Of a stretch of DNA of 64,000 nt, positions 59,603 to 64,000 are shown one piece after another. The translations under genes were made by a program, and so were the position numbers. A model generated the notes under the pieces. That model searched no databases and was not told where the DNA came from. It was given only the letters and a program-made list of their open reading frames with translations. The stretch comes from Microcoleaceae cyanobacterium (GTDB lineage: Bacteria > Cyanobacteriota > Cyanobacteriia > Cyanobacteriales > Microcoleaceae). The DNA is taken from positions 1 through 64,000 of the forward strand of contig JBOFUV010000148.1 in the NCBI GenBank assembly GCA_051652765.1. The letters run 5' to 3'. Positions within the stretch are counted from its first letter, which is position 1. The number at the start of each line of letters is the position of its first letter.

Positions 59603-60367
59603 TTACTGAGGGTTGATTTCAGACCGAATCACGGTAACCCGCTGACCATCGACCACAAACGACCAAAATCCCTGGCGACTCAAGGTTTGTAGAATTGAAT
59701 TGGCTTTTTCCAAATCACGGGTAGACTCGACTAACAGATAGGAGCGCTGGCCATAGGATGCCAACCCGATCTTTCTACCTACGATCCGCTCAACTTGAGC
59801 TGCCAGTTCAGGTTGATTCAGATAATCCACTAAGATGGCATAGCTCACCGTAGTAGAGGTTGCCTCAGAAGTAGACATTGCCTCAGGAGTAGATGCTGCC
59901 TTAGACAGCTCTTCAGCCGAGTTACTCGGGGGCAAGTCAGCCACAGTGGAGTTAGCGGGATTGGGAGGACGGCGAGAAATTTCGGGGGCAGGAGCTTGGG
60001 TATTATTGTCCGGTTTCACGACATAAGCCCGCAAACCAATATTGGCTGTAATATAGCTTGCCCAGTCTTGAGCAATCAAGCGATCGCTAAATCCACCCAC
60101 ACGGGTGACGGTATCCTCTAGATAGCGACAGATGCCACTGTTAACATCCTGAGGTAAGCTACGACGGGTTAATTCTTGAGCGCTAGTCGTCTCACTCACC
60201 ACTAACACCAGATATTCTCCTGCCCCAGGGGGAGTACAAGGGGTTTGGGCGAGGGTGGGCCGAGCTGATAGGTTCAAGCTCGCAGCCGTTAAAAGTCCTG
60301 TTAAAAGTCTGGCCCAGAGTCTGAAGCTGTTAACCACAGAATTGAGTTGAAAATCGGGTTGAATCAT
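59603..60367 (-). CDS. conserved exported hypothetical protein (SPOR-like)
   Basis: Signal peptide, CTPPGAGEYLVLV, CRYLEDTVTRVGGF, YAILVDY. Confidence 0.65.
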   Translation of the reverse strand: MIQPDFQLNSVVNSFRLWARLLTGLLTAASLNLSARPTLAQTPCTPPGAGEYLVLVVSETTSAQELTRRSLPQDVNSGICRYLEDTVTRVGGFSDRLIAQDWASYITANIGLRAYVVKPDNNTQAPAPEISRRPPNPANSTVADLPPSNSAEELSKAASTPEAMSTSEATSTTVSYAILVDYLNQPELAAQVERIVGRKIGLASYGQRSYLLVESTRDLEKANSILQTLSRQGFWSFVVDGQRVTVIRSEINPQ

Positions 60368-60383
60368 TCAGAGTCTGCCAAAG

Positions 60384-60752
60384 TTAAGTAATGAGGGAGG
60401 CTAAGGGATCAGGAATAGTTGGCGAAGGTGCTTGAAACTCCCCAGTCAGGACGAACTCCATCCGCAACTTGAGCCAGGTAATAAATTGCTCATTGGTGGA
60501 AATGACTGCTGCTGCAGGGTGGGGACATTTGGCCTTGATCTCAGCCATTTCTGGAGCATTCAAAAACGCAGGCTGAACAACCCGCCAAAAGTCAATTTCC
60601 TTTTCCTGTTCTCGATAATTCCGGGTTCGTTCTTGCAACACTTCGTCCAAAGGTTCTTCTTCCATCAAAAACTTTTGACTGGCGACTAGAAAGTAGTAAG
60701 TTTGCTTTGTTTTTGGATTAGCTGTCTCAGTTTCGTCTTTGTTACTTGTCAT
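60384..60752 (-). CDS. ycf54: Ycf54, MgPME cyclase auxiliary subunit
   Basis: YYFLVASQKFL, EEPLDEVLQER, DFW, FITWLKLR. Confidence 0.93.
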   Translation of the reverse strand: MTSNKDETETANPKTKQTYYFLVASQKFLMEEEPLDEVLQERTRNYREQEKEIDFWRVVQPAFLNAPEMAEIKAKCPHPAAAVISTNEQFITWLKLRMEFVLTGEFQAPSPTIPDPLASLIT

Positions 60753-60797
60753 AGTTGTTGATTGTTCGTAATTTCAAGATCAGATTCAACGTTAAGA

Positions 60798-61514
60798 CTA
60801 ATGTCCGGCAATTGCCTGTTTCATGTCTCGAACAGCCCGCTCGAATCCGACCAGCACCGCTCGACTGACTATTGTATGACCAATGTTGAGTTCTTCCATG
60901 CCCTCAATACAAGCAACAGGATAAACATTCCAATAGGTTAACCCATGACCTGCATTCACACGCAATCCAGCATCCCGTGCCCGTCTTGCACCGGCAACTA
61001 AAATGGCTAATTCCTTTTCCTGCCTTGTGCCTTTGGCTTCAGCGTAGCATCCGGTATGCAGTTCGATCAGTTTGGCTTGGGTTTGGGCAGAAGCTTCGAT
61101 TTGACTGGGATTGGCATCAATGAATAAGCTAACTGGAACACCGGATTCTTGCAAAGTGGTAACAATTTGGGTCATCCGCTCCACTTGACCTGCAATATTA
61201 AGTCCCCCTTCCGTTGTGACTTCTTCCCGCCGTTCAGGCACCAGAGTAATGTAATCTGGCTTGATTGCAAGGGCGATCGCCACCATCTCATCGGTTGGAG
61301 CCATTTCCAAGTTCAGATGGGTTCTGACCGTTTCTCGCAACAGTCGCACATCCCGTTCCTGAACATGTCGCCGATCTTCCCGCAAATGTACTGTAATGCC
61401 ATCCGCTCCAGCCAATTCTGCCAGAACTGCTGCCGCAACGGGATCAGGTTCCACCGTTCGACGGGCCTGCCGAATGGTGGCAACGTGGTCAATATTGACA
61501 CCCAAAGTCGCCAA
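60798..61514 (-). CDS. pdxJ: pyridoxine 5'-phosphate synthase
   Basis: [43 protein letters not shown] start after GGAGG. Confidence 0.97.
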   Translation of the reverse strand: MATLGVNIDHVATIRQARRTVEPDPVAAAVLAELAGADGITVHLREDRRHVQERDVRLLRETVRTHLNLEMAPTDEMVAIALAIKPDYITLVPERREEVTTEGGLNIAGQVERMTQIVTTLQESGVPVSLFIDANPSQIEASAQTQAKLIELHTGCYAEAKGTRQEKELAILVAGARRARDAGLRVNAGHGLTYWNVYPVACIEGMEELNIGHTIVSRAVLVGFERAVRDMKQAIAGH

Positions 61515-61619
61515 TTTTTGTCCCTCCTTAAAGGCTGATATTTTCAAACGTTAAATTTGCCCGCAATGCCAAAATCGTTAATTAAGATTACAGTTGATCA
61601 AGATTATCGTTAGTCAAGA

Positions 61620-63338
61620 TTATAAAGTGACTCGACCCCGCAGTGCTTCAATCAGTTTTGGCCCAACTCCTGGAACTCGCTCCAAATCTTCCAAAGACGT
61701 GAAGGGCTGTTGTTGACGGGTTTGAATCATCTGTTGAGCTAACTTTGGCCCAACACCGGGTAGCGTTTCCAACTCTGCCTGAGTAGCTTTGTTGAGATTG
61801 ATTTTGAGGGTAGAACTGATTGGGTTTGGATTGCTTTGAATGGGTGCAGGAGGAGTAATAACTTGATCGCCACAGCGTTGTAACTCTGTCCTTACTTTTT
61901 TCAGGATTCTCTCCGGAACGTCTAAAATTGCATTGCGATACAACCGATCAAATTCCTGTGTGAAGTGGGCAGAAATCGTTGGGTTTTCTATCACTAGCAA
62001 GGTTTCATCATTCGTTGTGTTGGCCGCTTCCGTCCAATTATGAGAGCCTGTCATGACGATTTCATCGTCTACAATGCCAAACTTATGATGGAGTTTATCT
62101 CCAGGGGGCAACGTGGGCACACCTATTGTTGTAATCGGTTGTTTCCAGGGACGATTTCCGGCTTCAAGTTTGCACTGATTGGGCAGAAAAATTCCCCGCA
62201 TATCCAACACTTCACTATAGTCTCGATAGGCAAAATTTGGATCAACTAATCCTCGAAGGTTAACCTTGGCTTGGGCGGCTTTTTCCAAAGTATCAACAAT
62301 ATTTTGAGCTGAAAATACAAACAAGGCAAAGTCAATCGAACGTTCAGCTCCGGCCAACCCTGTGTTGATTAAGGCATTGGAACTGCTTGACCAAGGCTGA
62401 GTTTTGGCAGTGGGGGAAAACTGCACCGCAATCGGGGTTGTCCCGACCTGAACCCGTTGAACCCCGCGATGGGGTTTTTGAGTGCCAAATAGACTGTTGG
62501 CCTGACCCCCTGGCCCATCTCCCCACATCAGGTTAAATTCTTGGGTCAATAGGGCAGCGAGTTGGGAGCCTTCTAGCTTCACGAGATTGTTGGCATTGCC
62601 CCGACTTTCGGGGTTGGAAAAATCACCATGAACATCACTAGTTGTGAAGTTTGCTGAGGTCACAATCACGGTTTTGCCATCCACAACCACGAATTTATGA
62701 TGCATTAAGCCTGACCCCCTTGAACCATCGGCGGTGTCGTTGATCCAGGGAATTCCGGCATTAAAAATCATCACCAGCGCGTCTCGCTGGTTAATTTCTG
62801 CTGCACTCAGTTGACCATCTTGGTTAATATCTGCAAGTTTGAAAAATTCTTCGTAAGCTTGGCGATCGCGCTCTGGAAGTTTGGCTAGGGCATCAGCAGA
62901 GAAGCTACTCCAAGGACGACTATAAGTATGTTCTAGAATTAACCGTACCTTAACCCCAGCTTGGTGTTGCTGAACCATGGCGGCTGCAACTTTGGGCAAC
63001 CGGAGTTCCTGAACGGCAATGTCAACCGTTGAACGGGCGCTCGTGATTGTGTCTGCGATCAGTTGCTCCAAGTCATCCCCTTGGCGAGTCTGCTGGCGAT
63101 AGGGTTCGGTATAGGCTGAGGTTTTAGATTGATTGAAGTAAATTTGAATGCTGGGATCTTGAGGGAGTTTTTCTTGCAGTGGCTTGAGTGTTGTGATCTG
63201 GGGAATAGGAATGCTGCGCCGACAACCCTCAACCCCCAAAGTCAACAGGAGCAAGAGACTGAACCGACTTGCTAAGTTAAAAGTTCTGTTAAAAATTTTG
63301 TTAAAAGTTAAGTTAAAAGTTTTGTTAAGACCGATCAA
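61620..63338 (-). CDS. phospholipase D-like nuclease with C-terminal helix-hairpin-helix (ComA/ComEA-like competence protein)
   Basis: Two HKD motifs (MHHKFVVVD, LHHKFGIVD), INLNKAT...LPGVGPKLA; lipoprotein-like signal; start uncertain because of the 12-bp repeats at 63276-63323. Confidence 0.88.
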   Translation of the reverse strand: MIGLNKTFNLTFNKIFNRTFNLASRFSLLLLLTLGVEGCRRSIPIPQITTLKPLQEKLPQDPSIQIYFNQSKTSAYTEPYRQQTRQGDDLEQLIADTITSARSTVDIAVQELRLPKVAAAMVQQHQAGVKVRLILEHTYSRPWSSFSADALAKLPERDRQAYEEFFKLADINQDGQLSAAEINQRDALVMIFNAGIPWINDTADGSRGSGLMHHKFVVVDGKTVIVTSANFTTSDVHGDFSNPESRGNANNLVKLEGSQLAALLTQEFNLMWGDGPGGQANSLFGTQKPHRGVQRVQVGTTPIAVQFSPTAKTQPWSSSSNALINTGLAGAERSIDFALFVFSAQNIVDTLEKAAQAKVNLRGLVDPNFAYRDYSEVLDMRGIFLPNQCKLEAGNRPWKQPITTIGVPTLPPGDKLHHKFGIVDDEIVMTGSHNWTEAANTTNDETLLVIENPTISAHFTQEFDRLYRNAILDVPERILKKVRTELQRCGDQVITPPAPIQSNPNPISSTLKINLNKATQAELETLPGVGPKLAQQMIQTRQQQPFTSLEDLERVPGVGPKLIEALRGRVTL

Positions 63339-63513
63339 GGGGCTAAGGCATCCTTGGTCAAGGGACAGGGTGACACGGTAATCTATAAATAGAGCTTAAC
63401 CTACACTGCCATTGATTGATCGTCTTGTAGTCCAAACAGATTACAAAGCCATCAGTCCAAGGTGCCTGTAGAACCTGCTTACTCCTAGTGGTTTAGAGTC
63501 CTCACACTGTGTT

Positions 63514-63918
63514 ATGCCGAGAAGAAAAAGAACCTTTCCGTGCGGCCATAAAGGGTACGGTCAAGTCTGCCATCGGTGCATCCAAGTCCAGAGTCATGAA
63601 CAACAGCAAGAGAGCTGGGTTGTGATTGACAAACAGGCCCAGAAGCGAGAGTGGGAGGCATCTTTTGACCAGGACATTATCGATCTCAAGGGACTCCCAG
63701 ATTATGTTGTCGTTAAAGCCCGAACTATTATTGCCGGGTTAAACTCTCAAGATAAAAGTTATCGAGATTTTGGGGGGAAGCGCTTACGACACAATCGGTT
63801 TATTATTAGCATTCCAGTTACTCGCAACTATCGAATGCTGTGTGAAGATAGTGGCAGCTTTCTAGTTCCGCAAAAGGTGCTTTCCCATGAAGACTATAAT
63901 GTCTGCAAGCCAGGGTAG
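63514..63918 (+). CDS. conserved hypothetical: Cys/His-rich N-terminus plus RelE/ParE-like C-terminus
   Basis: FPCGHKGYGQVCHRC; GKRLRHNRFIISIPVTRNYRML...SHEDYN. Confidence 0.6.
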   Translation: MPRRKRTFPCGHKGYGQVCHRCIQVQSHEQQQESWVVIDKQAQKREWEASFDQDIIDLKGLPDYVVVKARTIIAGLNSQDKSYRDFGGKRLRHNRFIISIPVTRNYRMLCEDSGSFLVPQKVLSHEDYNVCKPG

Positions 63919-64000
63919 TTATACTTAGCGGGCAATACTCAATCGACTTTTGTAGCGCTTTGCGTTTCTATGCAAATTTACCTTGATTACAGTGCTACCA

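Overview
This window is cyanobacterial chromosome: HIP1 octamers (GCGATCGC) are frequent, and it carries nblR, ycf39, psb29, ycf54, a phycobilisome linker and the hfq-dapF pair. The two ends (about 1-22.7 kb and 53.7-64 kb) are mostly housekeeping. The centre (about 22.7-53.5 kb) is accessory and holds four notable loci. (i) A MutH/Sau3AI-fold nuclease plus DpnA-like methylase pair lies next to hfq. (ii) An intact XerC-like tyrosine recombinase is followed by a DUF488 two-gene cassette and a perfect 14-6-14 bp palindrome resembling a dif/loxP-type recombination site. (iii) An alginate/mannuronan-synthase-like exopolysaccharide locus has an Alg44-like co-polymerase with a degenerate EAL domain where PilZ normally sits, an Alg8-like synthase fused to a beta-helix domain, and a convergent PL14 lyase lipoprotein. 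(iv) A decaying Type ISP/IIG-like restriction-modification plus PLD-SNF2 helicase operon is split by toxin-antitoxin modules and carries in-frame small dispersed repeats. I saw no tRNA, rRNA, CRISPR array or transposase. All family assignments come from recognising motifs by eye, not from database searches.
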